Assembly: GCA_977018835.1 (NCBI GenBank)
Contig: OZ361256.1
Location: 5,828,001 to 5,892,000 of the forward strand
From: Minutocellus sp. GHC0000111
Taxonomy: Eukaryota
Direction: 5' to 3'
DNA: 64,000 nucleotides
Below are positions 25,819-37,955 of the stretch, piece after piece. Position numbers and translations under genes: made by a program. Positions within the stretch are counted from its first letter, which is position 1, and each line of letters starts with the position of its first letter. The notes under the pieces are model-generated. The model searched no databases. It was not told where the DNA came from and saw only the letters and a list, made by a program, of their open reading frames with translations.

Positions 25819-26251
25819 CGTTGAATGATGGGGATTTGGAAGTATACACGTTCGGTTGATGTGATTGATTGTGAGCTTACAATGATACAATGGGCTTGTC
25901 TGTTGGCACTCCTTCCTGAGCGCGTATGAAACGGCGGATGGCGCCGGCCGTCTTGCATCGGGCGGCCCGATGCCATCGTGCAGACGTATGACATCGCATC
26001 GGCCATCGCATCGGCCGATACGATGGCATCGTATGACATGTGCGTGTCTTTTTCAAGTTTTTCTCTTTGATTTCCTTTGTGGACGAGACAGAAAGCTAAA
26101 CCATAGCACACGTTGGCCGATGGCATGGTGATGGCATCGCCCTTGAGCGCCATCTCTGCCTTGATCTGCCTGGTGGGCGGAAAATGTAGTTCGATAATTT
26201 AGAGCAGCTCACAAATAGTAGATTCATTCACGCGATTCCAAAGCTATCGAT

Positions 26252-26812
26252 ATGAACACCTTCCTTTGCTTCTTTTTCCTTTTCATCGGTTGTGCGTTGG
26301 CCAACGATGGAGCTACTGCTGGCCAACATGGCGATGGCAAGGAAAGTAGACGACGCCGACAAAGAAAGTATCTGAGAAGAACCAATAGGTGCGCACCGAC
26401 AACCCTTCGTCCTATTTCTCCCGGATTAGATCCAACTCCAGCTCCTCTTTCTCCTGAGCCAGTACTCTACAGCCATGAGCTAATGGGCGGGTTTGCCAGT
26501 GTCGAAGGCTACAATACTTCCTCTACAACTGGTGGCGAGGGTGGCCACGTCGTAATTGTCCGTGACGCCAAATCGTTGGCACATTGGATAAAGAAAGGCA
26601 AAAAGAAGAAGCCTCTCATTGTCAAAGTTGACGGAATGATAGATGTATCGTCGCTCCGAAATGCCAAAAATGAGACGATGCAGATGCTTAGCGCTTCTTC
26701 CTATGTCAGGCCCGAGGATTGTCCAAATTGTAGTCGGAAAGATAGTTTCAAGAAAGAGAAGCCGAAGAGAATGGCTCATTTGACTTCGACATCTTGCTTC
26801 GACGTCGCATGA
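26252..26812 (+). pseudogene. Secreted protein carrying only the N-terminal part of a PL1 pectate-lyase-like domain
   Basis: Signal peptide MNTFLCFFFLFIGCALA; GFASVEG..TTGGEGGHVVIV...PLIVKVDGMID. The catalytic beta-helix core is not seen. Confidence 0.5.
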
Positions 26813-27002
26813 TAGGACCACACAACATTCGTCCCTTGCACACAAAAGCAGGAATGGCAATCACAATAAGATGCTGCCGGTGGCGATTCGGTTCGCTTTT
26901 TCATATTCTGAAAAGCAAGCAAGGCAGTGTGATCAGCACTCGATTTCGCTTGCAAAGGACGATCCTTACAAAATAAAAGCATTCCATCTACAAAAACGTT
27001 CA

Positions 27003-28298
27003 TGATGACGGATCAGCCTGTGCATAATTTCATCGGTGCCTATGCCAACGCTGCCGGCTTCAATTCATCTGCCGCGCCTTACTTTCCACTGCAACCAATC
27101 GTTGTCATTCATCACTACAGTGAGGGAGGCGCACAAGCTCATGTTGGGCTGAATTCTATTCCCTCTTGGCAACGAGGAAGCGTAGAGAAGGGCGAAATTT
27201 TTGCTCCCAACAAAACTCATCATTCTCCTTCTCCTCGCTCGTTGCTGTGTCCGCTTGGATCTGCTTTAGTTACTGGTACTCCATGTACTGGCGCCGCTGT
27301 CGGTGCTGGCACCGTCGAAACAAGGCCCCGCGCCCAGCCTACGCGCCCACTGGGCCGGCCTACGACAGAAGCATCTGTGGGGTATCGCGGCAAAGCAGAC
27401 AAAATTCTAGTGAACCATGAGTATCATGATTTCTCTCGTACAAGTCTTCAGGAATACATGTCACTGCATTCTAGCAAGAAGCCAGCCCGTGAATTCTCTT
27501 CTCAGAAGAGCTTTCCAAAATCTCTGCATTTATTGCTAGAATTTGCATCCTCAACAGGCAAAGAAAAGATCATATCTTGGTGTCCCCATGGCCGAGCATT
27601 TATTGTCTACAGGCCAAAAGATTTGATGGAAAAGATCGTGCCTCTCTTTTACCCAAATCAAACCAAGTATCAGTCATTCCTTCGACAGCTCAACGTCTAC
27701 GGTTTCAAAAAATTTGACGAGGCATGGCCCCGATAGAGGAGCATACTATCATGTAAGTGCACTGTAGCATCTTTTTTCGTCGATTTGAAACGGTTGTTTA
27801 TTGACTGTTGAATACATGTACATGTACGAGTTCGTACTGCCGAGTAACGGTCGTCTTCACTTTCTTTTTCAATTGCCGCTAGCTAGATGGAAAATACTCA
27901 ATGCCGACTTTTCTTCTGACCTTCTGACACCGCCCATGAATTCTCTACAGGAATTATTCCTCCGCGATAGACCTGATCTCTCTGGCGCCATGAGCAGGGT
28001 TGATGTAAAAGGAACTTTTCGCAAGGGAGCAAACAATCCAGATCAGGAGCCGAATCTCTATGCTTTTCCTCGTCTTCACCACATGGGGGCCATGCGATCC
28101 GTGGAAAATCCTCTTGAAGCAACCACGCCTCCCAACGCACACGTGCAGCAGGCTAGAACGCCCGAGCCTACTATCCGGAAGTATCCCGTTGAAGAAAGCT
28201 GCCAAATTGCACCAGAATCGGTACATATAGAACCAGGAACAGAAGGGCAGATGCACACAGACGAAGATCTTAGGCTACTCCTGAATTCTACTCTCTAG
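27003..28298 (+). CDS. HSF-type transcription factor; 1-nt frameshift near 27714; intron 27753-27950
   Basis: NHEYHD pre-motif, FPKSLH, IISWCPHGRAFIV, QTKYQSFLRQLNVYGFK. Removing one T gives LTRHGPDRGAYYH, which splices to ELFLRDRPDL. Confidence 0.88.
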
Positions 28299-28627
28299 AG
28301 GGTTTCCGATGCATGCTGGAGAGGACAAGCTTGAGCGCCCAAATCTCCAGTCTCTGTGATGTGGCACATATTTTCTCTGATACATTAGTGCTCTGGCTGG
28401 CGTGTTTTTGCATGGTCCGCGGACGATGGACTGACGAGATATCTCCACGCACATACTCCGTCCGCATCCTCGCCTCCATCCAGCCAACATTCGAGCAAGC
28501 AACATGGCTTATTGAAATGCATTACAGTGCTTGAATAAAAGCAAATGAAATTGCCTGTTTGTGACGAGGCAATTGGTAGTAGTACTTCAGTACAAGTGGC
28601 CCCCGATAGATCATCCAAAGCATAGCA

Positions 28628-29539
28628 ATGAATAGCGCCTCATCTTCCGAGACCGCCCGAGCAGACGAAAACGCTTGTGGCAATGAGGCGAGTGAAGCTG
28701 CTTCTGCTGCCGCTGCCAAGGCAGAGAAGGCGAGGATAAAGAAGCAGAAGAAGGAAGAGGGACGGCGAAGGGCCATTGAAATTGCGAAACAAAGGAATGC
28801 CCAGCAAAATGAAACGGACAATTTAGTGAAATCGAAACCTCGGTCTGGCCGCCATGGCGCACGCAACCAGCACAGGCATAAATTCTTTGCCAAGTGGTTG
28901 CTCGAGACCTTTCCCTTTCTCAAATCGTCCCAGGAGGGAAATGCCATTGACAACAAACAGCAGCATATCCTGGACGTTGCTGGTGGGAAGGGGGAGCTGG
29001 CGGCAAGGCTGGCCATGTGCCATAACTTGAGAGTTGTTTTGGTTGACCCACGAACAGCCGACGTGGAATCATGTTTCACCTCCCAAGTGCTACCGAAGTT
29101 ACCCAACAAATGGCAACATCGCATAGAAGAACAATTGACAGAGGACCCAAAATTCATCCATGACAAATTCGAACAAAGATTCACGCAGTTGGTGATGAAT
29201 TTTGACGATCATACTTTGGAATCATCGGCGGAACTTCAGGCGGCGGTCCAGTCGGCGTCGCTCATTATTGGTATGCATGCCGACGGTGCGACGGAAGCAA
29301 TTGTCGATGCAGCGCTCAAGTATTGCAAGCCATTCGTGGTTGTACCGTGCTGTGTTTTCCCCCGATTGTTCAACCAGCGATATCTCGTGAAGAATGACGG
29401 CTCGAGGGTCCAAGTGCGTTCGCATGAACAATTCTGTGAATACCTGCTGCAAAAGGACAGCAATTTCAAGAGAGAAATACTGCCATTCGAGGGGAGAAAC
29501 GTCGGCATTTGGTGGGAAGGGGAGAGCAGCAAAGAGTAG
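28628..29539 (+). CDS. Putative SAM-dependent methyltransferase-fold protein
   Basis: ILDVAGGKGELA (motif I), LVDPR, GMHADGATEAIVD, FVVVPCCVFP. Confidence 0.75.
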   Translation: MNSASSSETARADENACGNEASEAASAAAAKAEKARIKKQKKEEGRRRAIEIAKQRNAQQNETDNLVKSKPRSGRHGARNQHRHKFFAKWLLETFPFLKSSQEGNAIDNKQQHILDVAGGKGELAARLAMCHNLRVVLVDPRTADVESCFTSQVLPKLPNKWQHRIEEQLTEDPKFIHDKFEQRFTQLVMNFDDHTLESSAELQAAVQSASLIIGMHADGATEAIVDAALKYCKPFVVVPCCVFPRLFNQRYLVKNDGSRVQVRSHEQFCEYLLQKDSNFKREILPFEGRNVGIWWEGESSKE

Positions 29540-29819
29540 CAAGGCGATTTGGTTTGACAGGGCGAGTGATACGATATGATGATCCTATGTTTCCTCAAAC
29601 GCTACAAATAAATGGCCAATTGCCTCTATTTTTATAGCCGCAGCAACTTGAATCTCAAACAAAAATCTACCACGTAGTACTGCTATGGAATAGGAGGGTA
29701 GTGCTATGCTTACTTTTGGTCTGATGGGACCACTTCCTCCAGGCTGCAGTCTTTGCACATCACAGATAACATGTATGGAAAGATACTTCGAGTAATAAAA
29801 AAATCCTTGATTTAGAGCT

Positions 29820-32800
29820 CTACAAGCGCCGACCCGACCTGGTAGTCTTGGCGGCGCTTCTTGTCGATCGCGTGGAACGTGTAGAGCGAGTAGACCGAGC
29901 TGCAGAAGCTGGAGTAGCAGCGGCCTTCGAGCGCTTTTGACGTTTGGGTGGTGAAGGCTTTGACTCTCCTTCCTTGGCATCATCATCACCATCATCACCA
30001 ACCTCCTTTCGGCGCCTTCCAGGCCGTTGAGCTGGAGTGGCAGGGGCTGCAGTAGCGGCGGGTTCGGACCTTTTGTCAACGGCTACGCCCTCTTCTTCTT
30101 CCACCTCTTCTTCTTCTTTCACGGCCGGAAGACCAAGGGCGGCATTGTACTTGGCTCTTGCCTCGGCCTTGCCCCGTCGAGACCTGGAACCGCCTGTGGA
30201 TAGGCCTGATCTTGGAGTTGTTCGGGATCGAGATCGAAGGGAGCTGTGATCTGGCGTAGATGCGATCGATGACATGGGTGAGGGCGGAACGGTGGTATCA
30301 CCGATCGAGGCAGGAATATCGCCCTGGGCATTGATTGATGACTTGAGTCTTTCTTGCAGCTCTCCCTTTTTGCCTCTGCCGCCAAGGCTGCGCTTCTTGC
30401 ATTCACTTCGGAGTTCGTTGTATGACATATTGTCGATATCCTTGGCAGTGAGCACACTCGCATCTGCGCCCATGGAATTAGCGGCCTCCGTTGGGGTATC
30501 ATACTGCTTGGTAGACTCGCCTTCGTCCTGAACAACCTCTTCCTGTTTCACTGCGGCAGGCTTGACAACCTTGGTGACCTCGACCTCATCATCTGATGAA
30601 TCTGCGTGCATCAAATCAATCATCTCAGGATCCTTGGAGGGAGAGAACGCCCCCATTACCTGCTTGGCTCCGCTCTTGAGCACCGAAAACATCCCCCCAC
30701 CATCGGAGGCCTTTGTTTTCGCGGTATCTGCGGCGGCTGCGGCAGGAGCAGGCGCAGGCGCAACTGAAAGTGCAGCAGACGCTGGCGGTAGAGGCTGTGT
30801 AGCACTTTCGTCAGTCGGCCCTTTACCACCATCCACCGCCACTGACGATGCATTCGCGGATTGCTGGAGGGCTTGGCGGAGACGGTCCTTCAACACGCTA
30901 CCAGGACCAACGGCCAATAGATCGCGTTTCTTGCATTCCTTTTGAGCGGCCCGGTAGGAAACACCATCGATTTGGTCATCTCGAAGTTCGTCGTCATCGC
31001 CTCCTTCATCGGCTGTTCCCTTCTTGGATGGCTGTTTCGAGTCAGTATCCTCCTGCGTTGGCGATTCTTCTTCGTCATAGTCACAGTCATCGAGAAGATC
31101 TACCGTCTCGGGCTCCTTCTTCTTGGCAGGTTTGGGCGAAAGCATATCCCCGATCAGTTTGGCGCCACTCATAATGGTACCACCAAAGCTCGAAAGGAAT
31201 CCACCTTCAGCTCTTCCTTCGTCGGTAGCGGCAGCGGCGGCAGTCGGGGCAAGAGCATGATCGATGCGGTCTTCCTGCTTGATGTTGACGGCCTTGGGTT
31301 GCTCCTCGGATTCGTCCTTGGCTATTTCTTCCCAGGCCTCTTCCTCGGCGGCAACTTCTGCGACTGCGTCCTTGAGGTTGGCCTGTGCAGCTTCCATGAC
31401 ATCCTCCTCAACGATTGCCTCCTTTAGCGCTGCCTCGGTCTGTGCATCAATCTCTCGCTGCAATCGTTCTTCAGCCTCACGTAATCGTATGGCCTCGGCC
31501 TCACGCTCCTTCTTCTCTTCCGATTCTCGACGAGCCCGAACCTTCTCGAGAAACTCACGGTTGGAGTCGAGTCTATCCTGTGCCTCTTGTTCTCGCTCAG
31601 CTTCTCGTGCGAGGAGGGCATCCTGCTCGCGGCGGAGGCGCTTGGCTTCCGCCTTGGACGCAATTCTCACTTGCTCTTGACGTTGAAGCTCGGCCTCTTC
31701 CTGAAATCTTCGTTCTTGTTCGATCATACTGGCCTTCTCTGCCGCAGTGGCTTCATCGATGGGCTTCTCCTCCTTTCGGAGATATTCGACGAGTCTCTTA
31801 CGGAGAACCTCGGTCTTTCCCCCCGCTGACAAACCCCGCAGCTTGCAATGGCGTTGAAGTTCCGAGTATGGCAAATCAGCGACTTCTTCTGTGCCAATTA
31901 GATCTTCGTCATTCAAACCGTCATTCTCTTCTTCTTCTTCTTCGGCACCAGCAACGCCCGATGCTGATGATGCCAAGGCACGTGTCGACTGGACCTCGCT
32001 GCCAACTGACGGTGCAAGGGCGTTGGTATCAGTCTGGGCGGCACTGTCCCCTACTTCCGACGGTTCAAGAACGACGCTTCCCTTGGAAGAATCGGGAGGA
32101 TTGACGATCATAGACATCTTGGCGATTGATTCAGTATCGATGCTTTGGCCCTTCCAACCTCGAGCCCTTCTCCTGGTGGTGGGCCTACCTCACCAGCGCG
32201 AAGGGCCATCGCTTCGAGGATATCCGGTTGTGGCACTGCGTCGTCGACAGCAGATTTCGACTCGGCCTCGACCCCTGCCTCGGCCATCGCTTCTGGCCTT
32301 GCTTGAGATTCTGGCTGGCTGGCACCGCCATGGTCACTAAGGAAGTCGTCTTGTTCCAAGTCAGTACCAGCCACTGCAGCGGTAGTATCATCAAATACTT
32401 CCTCTCCAGTTCTCCCGCTGTAGTTGCCGACACTAGCAATCGATGCAGAGGGCTTGCCAAGCCTCTCCTGTATCTGCTGTTGCTGGCGTTGTGAGTCCAT
32501 CGCCGCCGCAATCAGAATCGAGTCTGGCTGAGCATCGCCCGCATCGTCACGAGGTATGCTAGCCGCGGGTGGAAGCTGCGAAGGTTCTGGCTCGACTTCG
32601 AATTCGGCCCCTGACTGAGTCCCCTGACTTGTCTCTGTGAAGTATTCCGACAGATTATCACCCTCGGCAACGTGGGCTGCAGTCGTATCGTCGTTGTCGG
32701 TAGGCGCCTCCCGGCGACGTGCAAGGGCCTCGCGCCTCTGGGAATTGATCTCCCGTCGAGCAAGGTCCTCAAGGTGCTGCTGCCGAGCTTCTTCCTCTTG

Positions 32801-35800
32801 CGCCGCGATCTCTTCTTCTTCTTCTGACAATATTTCATCTCTCGCACTTCGCTCCTCAGCTGTAGCCTCATCTGCTTCGTCCATGTCATCCGACATGGCG
32901 GTGTCTTCACCCCGCTTGTTCCGAGGAAGAGCTTCAGGTTCTACATCACGCTCAGCAACCTCTGGTGCTTTGGATGACGATTCCTCGTGCTCCTCCTTGC
33001 CTTGATCCTCATTCGTTGCACCTTCCTCGGCCTCGTCTTGATCCTCCTTTTCGCCTTCGCTGGACGATCCTATAGCAACGGCGTCGCTTTCGTCGGCAGT
33101 AGTATCAGAGCTGGCAGTCCGACTGCGCACAGAGCTGACGTCTTCGCCGTCGCCTCGACCATCTTCGGCACTCGCCTCTGCGGCGTAATCTTCGACGGCT
33201 CCAGCTTCACCATCAACGGACTCGACATCGGCATCAAGCTCCATCTCTTCTTCTTCTTCTCTTTCGTCGTCGTATTCAATTCCTTCAAAATCTTCCTCAA
33301 TGATAGGCTCTTCCGCCCCTTCTTGCTCAGCATCTTCGTAGTCTTCTTCAACGGGCTCTTCTTCATGATAGTCGTCATCATAGCGCATATCGTATTCATC
33401 CTCGTGGGTTGGCTCCTCGACCGATCGTGTTCCGTCGGAATCGTCATCCAGCACAACGACATCGTCATCGCTATCCGAGTCGTCCCCAGCGTCGACAGGT
33501 GGCCCGGGCGGAGGAGGATGCTCTTCGTCGCTCGAGTCATCGAGAGCAATGACTTCTTCGGCCTGCTGTTCTTGATTAGCCTCGACGCTTGGAATCTGGG
33601 TGCCTTCCTTTGCAACTGACGCGGGACCTTCCAGAAGTGCTGGGGGCTGTACCGGTGCCGGCAGTTCAAGGCTGGCAGCGACACTGGCAACTTGAATTCT
33701 TGGAAAGTAAATCGAAGAGGGTTCTTCGCCATATCGAGTGGAAAGGATGGCATGCACCTCGCGAAGCGCACGTGCATCACTCTGGGGAGCTCCGGTATCG
33801 ATGCCCACATAAGAGGCGACTATTCCACCATGGCCGTCAGGACTGATGGGAGTTGCGATGCGCTGGGCCTCCTTGAGAGCTGCCGAGGGAGAAAAATTAC
33901 GACTCAGCAAGAAGCGTAGCATCGTCCGCCGAACCTGGAACTGGACGTACTCGGAGCGTTCCGAGGTGATGTCAGCAATTTCCCTCGCCGTGGCAAGTTC
34001 ATCAGAAGAAACGGCAGATGCCAATTCTTGTCCTGCATCGATGGCATCCGTAATGGCACGCTCGGCGTAGTCCTCGAAGAACCACTTGATGGATTTTAGT
34101 CCGGCACTGCCCACCTGGAGCAGCTGGAATGTACGGGCGCTGTCACTGTCCGACATTTGGTCCGGGCCATCCTCGTCAGACTCCGTCGCCGCGGGTGGGT
34201 CGAAAAGCATGTCCTGTTGGTCCATGTACTCCAGAACGTGGTGCCAACCCACCTGCTTGTCATCCATGGAAGAGGCAGGGCTGGACTCGAGTGACTGACA
34301 AAGTCGGATTGCCGACTCGATGTCGGAGTTGGCAAGATGGGCCTCGAGCTCAACGATGACGGGCCGGATGGTTGGGGTGGAAGGGATGTCGGCACTCGTA
34401 CCAAGACTCTCCAGGACGACGACGTTCGTTGCGCCATGCACCAGGTCTCCGTTTCCAGTGCGTTCGTCATTTGCCGTAGCTTCCAGGGCCTTTCGTTTGG
34501 TTCCAGCACGACGAACGGAGGCAGTTGAGGTCTGCGGCTGTCTTTTCGACGAGCTGGTACCGACATTCCGTTGCCCGCCGGCATTGGCTTTCGCCTGGAG
34601 GGCCTCCAAAGTTCGCAGATACCCTTCCGCCGTCTCACCATTGGCGCCATGGCGAAAGAGATTGACCACAGCGGCAGCATCGTCGGCCGTGGGGCCCGAG
34701 GCTGCCACGGTGGTATCGCCGGCATCCTCATCCTCCTCATTATCCTCATCGACGTCCTCCTCGGCAGGACTCGTGGCGAAGATGTAATCTCCTAGCAGAG
34801 TGGCGGCAATGTGTGCCAACAGTTCGCGAGGATGAGGGTGGCGGGTAATCTTTTGCAAAGTTGGGACGATGCTGCGAATGGCAGGGAGAAACGCATGTGA
34901 TGGATGGTGGCATGGCATGGGTAGGACAAATGAGAAGAGATGAGTAGTTGCGTTGGACCAAGAGACAAAGAAAACGGTTGTGTGCTTTGCGCACAGAGAT
35001 ATAGAGATGCAACGAGCCATGCTGCTCCGCTGGTATTCCGCTGCTGCACTCACCCTCCGTCGGACAGGATCAATTCCACCAGCGTAACGGGGCTGAGTCC
35101 GTCGATCGTAGCCCCGGAGATATCATTGACGGCATCTTCTTCTCCCTCGTCATCGTCATCGTCCTCCTGCTCCGCAGAGTACCCTCCGTCCGCGTCCGCG
35201 TTCACGTCTTCATCTCCTTTCTCCATGATGACAGCATCGGCAGCAGCCATCACCACCGACGTGGTCGTCGTCGTCAACCGATCGAGGCCGTAGCAGACCA
35301 AGCCGGCCCGGACCGAGGGCAGGTGGCAGACGAGTCCCATCTCGGACGCGGCGTGGACGGTGCAGGCCCGAAGGAGGTCCCAGGTCAGCAGCCGGCGGTT
35401 GTTGTCGTCATCGTCGGCGTCGGCGTCGGTGTTGGCACCGCCACCACTTGTGGTCGGAGCAGAGACGAAGAACGGGCAGGAGTCGGACGACAGGTAGTGC
35501 GCCAGCGCGTACGCCAGCAGGGCCGTGGAGGCGGCCGTTGCCGGCCCGCCCGCGTTGGCATCGGCGTTGGTCTGGATGCCACCCATACTGCTACCAGTAC
35601 CCGTACCCGTACCCGTGGCGGCGTACCCCCCACCGTGCAGCTGCAGCCGCAACCTCCTCCGTTTGCTGGACCGGGCAGGAGCACCACCGGCATGGCCGCC
35701 GCCAGTGCCACCCGAAGCTTCCTGTGCCTTGGACGGCAGGGCCAGGTAGGACCGCAGGCCGTCCACACCGTCGTCGTCGTCGCCACTGGTGTTACCACTA

Positions 35801-36663
35801 CTGCCGTCGCCACCACCGCCACCGTTGCCACCACTACCTCCTCTTTGCAGGGGCGACCCATCCCCGTTGGCGTTCCGCTCCAGCAGCACCCGGAGCATGG
35901 GGGGCAGGCCCGCGTCGTGGTCCCTGTTCAGGCAAGAGCGGACGGACGCGGCCAGCCCGTCCAACGCTCCGACGAGGGTGCGGGACAGCGCTGCCGTCGT
36001 CGTCGTCGTTGGACCTTCCTCGGCACCACCACCACTAGCACCAATATTGTCACCCTCATTGTCGTCCTTGTCACCATTCTCATTCTCCCCATTGTCCAGA
36101 CGCAAAATACCTTGTTGAAACACCGCCCCGTCGGGATGGAGGAGGGCCGCCGCCACCCAGAGGAGGAACAGGCCGTCGCGGAAGGAGGCACCGCCAGCGC
36201 CGCCAGTATTATCAGCCAGCCGATCCAACCTCTGCATCAGACAGGCGTGGGAGCGCCTTACCCGTTGGGTGAGGCGGGACCTCCGCTCCGAGGGGGAGCG
36301 GGCGGCGTACGCCTCGTAGACGCTGCCGTTGGTTCCACCGCCCGCAGCTGTCGTGGACGTGCCTGCGATGCCCGCGGAAGCTGAGGAGGAGGAGTAGCCG
36401 GCCGGGTCCGCCGCAAAGGCGTACAGCTCCGAAATCATCGCAGCCGCAGCGGTAGAGCCGCTGGTGCCGCCGCCTTGTTCCGCATGAACGGAGGCACCCT
36501 CCGTGGCTCCAGCCGCGACACCACCGGAGGGAGGAGGACGGCTGCTGCTGCCGCGGGACGGGCCGGCCGCCATGGCAGTAGCCGGCGTGCGGAACAGCGA
36601 GTAGGCATCTCGGCCCGTCATGCCGGGTCCGCCGCGGGGGGTGCCAAAGGATGCAGCAAACAT
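29820..36663 (-). CDS. Very large acidic nuclear protein with three SAP domains; intron 35053-34872; frameshift near 32150
   Basis: SAP motifs LPYSELQRHCKLRGLSAGGKTEVLRKRL, VSYRAAQKECKKRDLLAVGPGSVLKDRL and MSYNELRSECKKRSLGGRGKKGELQERL. The phase-2 intron joins ORF 35050-36663 to ORF 32108-35053. Confidence 0.75.
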
Positions 36664-37955
36664 GCATTGGAGAATGTATAAATAAATGGCGCTTGCTGTT
36701 GCTTTTGCTTTGGGGTAATGCCGGGGGTTGGATTGGCTCTGACTTGCTTGCTTTGCTTTGCTTTGACTCTATTGAGTTGATTTGATTTTTGTGGACCGGA
36801 AACCTTGCCTTGCAGACTTGACTTGACTTGCGCCAACGCGTCAAAGCGTTTCGGTTTTTCCGAAGCTCGTTCAGGGCCAAAGCCGAACTGCGGAACTGCA
36901 GCGATCGGCCTCCAGAAAAGGGTGAGAGATGCACGCACGAGCTGGCTAGTTAATTAAAGTAGAGTAGAGACCTCGATACTAGTATGATATGGATACACCA
37001 CTCACTCTGCCGGCGGTGGCCGTTTTTTGGCTTCATGCTTCTGCGTGCACGAGAGGATTGGACCTGTCCTTCGTCGGTCGGCATCGGATCATCTTTCTGT
37101 ATTTCGTCACATGACATCATGCAGTTTACTTCCATTCCAGAGTGCCGCTTGTGGGCACGTCAGTGAGCAACAGTATGCCTCAAAAGCGAAAAAGAAGAAG
37201 AGCATCCCAAGTCCGAAAAAGGAAGAAGACCAAGTGTTTCGTACCGAAACATGCTTCGCAATGCTTCGCAAGGCCCCGAACGCAGTGGATCCTCAACGTC
37301 TTGGATGTTGGACACACTTGCTTCGTGGCTCGACAACAAGCTTGTTCGTGAGATTAATTTTGATGAGCTCAAGCTCAAGCGGGACATGGTAAAGCTTGCT
37401 TAGCTGCAAATGAAAAAGAAGAGACAGACTCGAGACGTTGAATAAGCTCCGGGGCGGGGATGGTGGCCCCCCAGCTGTTGTTCATAAAAGTCCTCAGGGT
37501 CTTTGATGAAGATTAAAATAAAATGTATTTGCATGTTAATATTTTTGCGCAACGTACGTCTATGTTACCTAGTAGGCACCGTGATAATCACGGTACATGG
37601 ATGCCGGCACATGTGTCTACATGTAATTTTTCCAAAAACGCTCGACATTTGCAGAAAGTCATTCCGATTTTGGGCGGGGTCATTGAGCGGAGTTCTCAAG
37701 ACACGGCGAGCGGGGGCCTATGAAAATTGGACCAGCCGGCCTGCGTGACCCCGAAGGAGGGCAAAGCAAAAGCAAGTTCATGTGGCTCGGCACTCATCAA
37801 CAGGGGAAACTCATCAGGAGCAAACGCACACTCTCAGCTAGATTTGCTACGCAGTAGTAGGAAGGGAGAAAGCAAAAGGTGACGGCGTAGCAAAGAGGAA
37901 CTGCTCCATCTATTCCATTCGAGCACATGTTACATCCAAAAAACAAATTTTAATA

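Noticed and set aside
36950..37750. Short ORFs and the palindrome ACCGTGATAATCACGGT (37578-37594)
   Set aside because: No coding signal or recognisable motif; an isolated 8-bp stem is compatible with chance.
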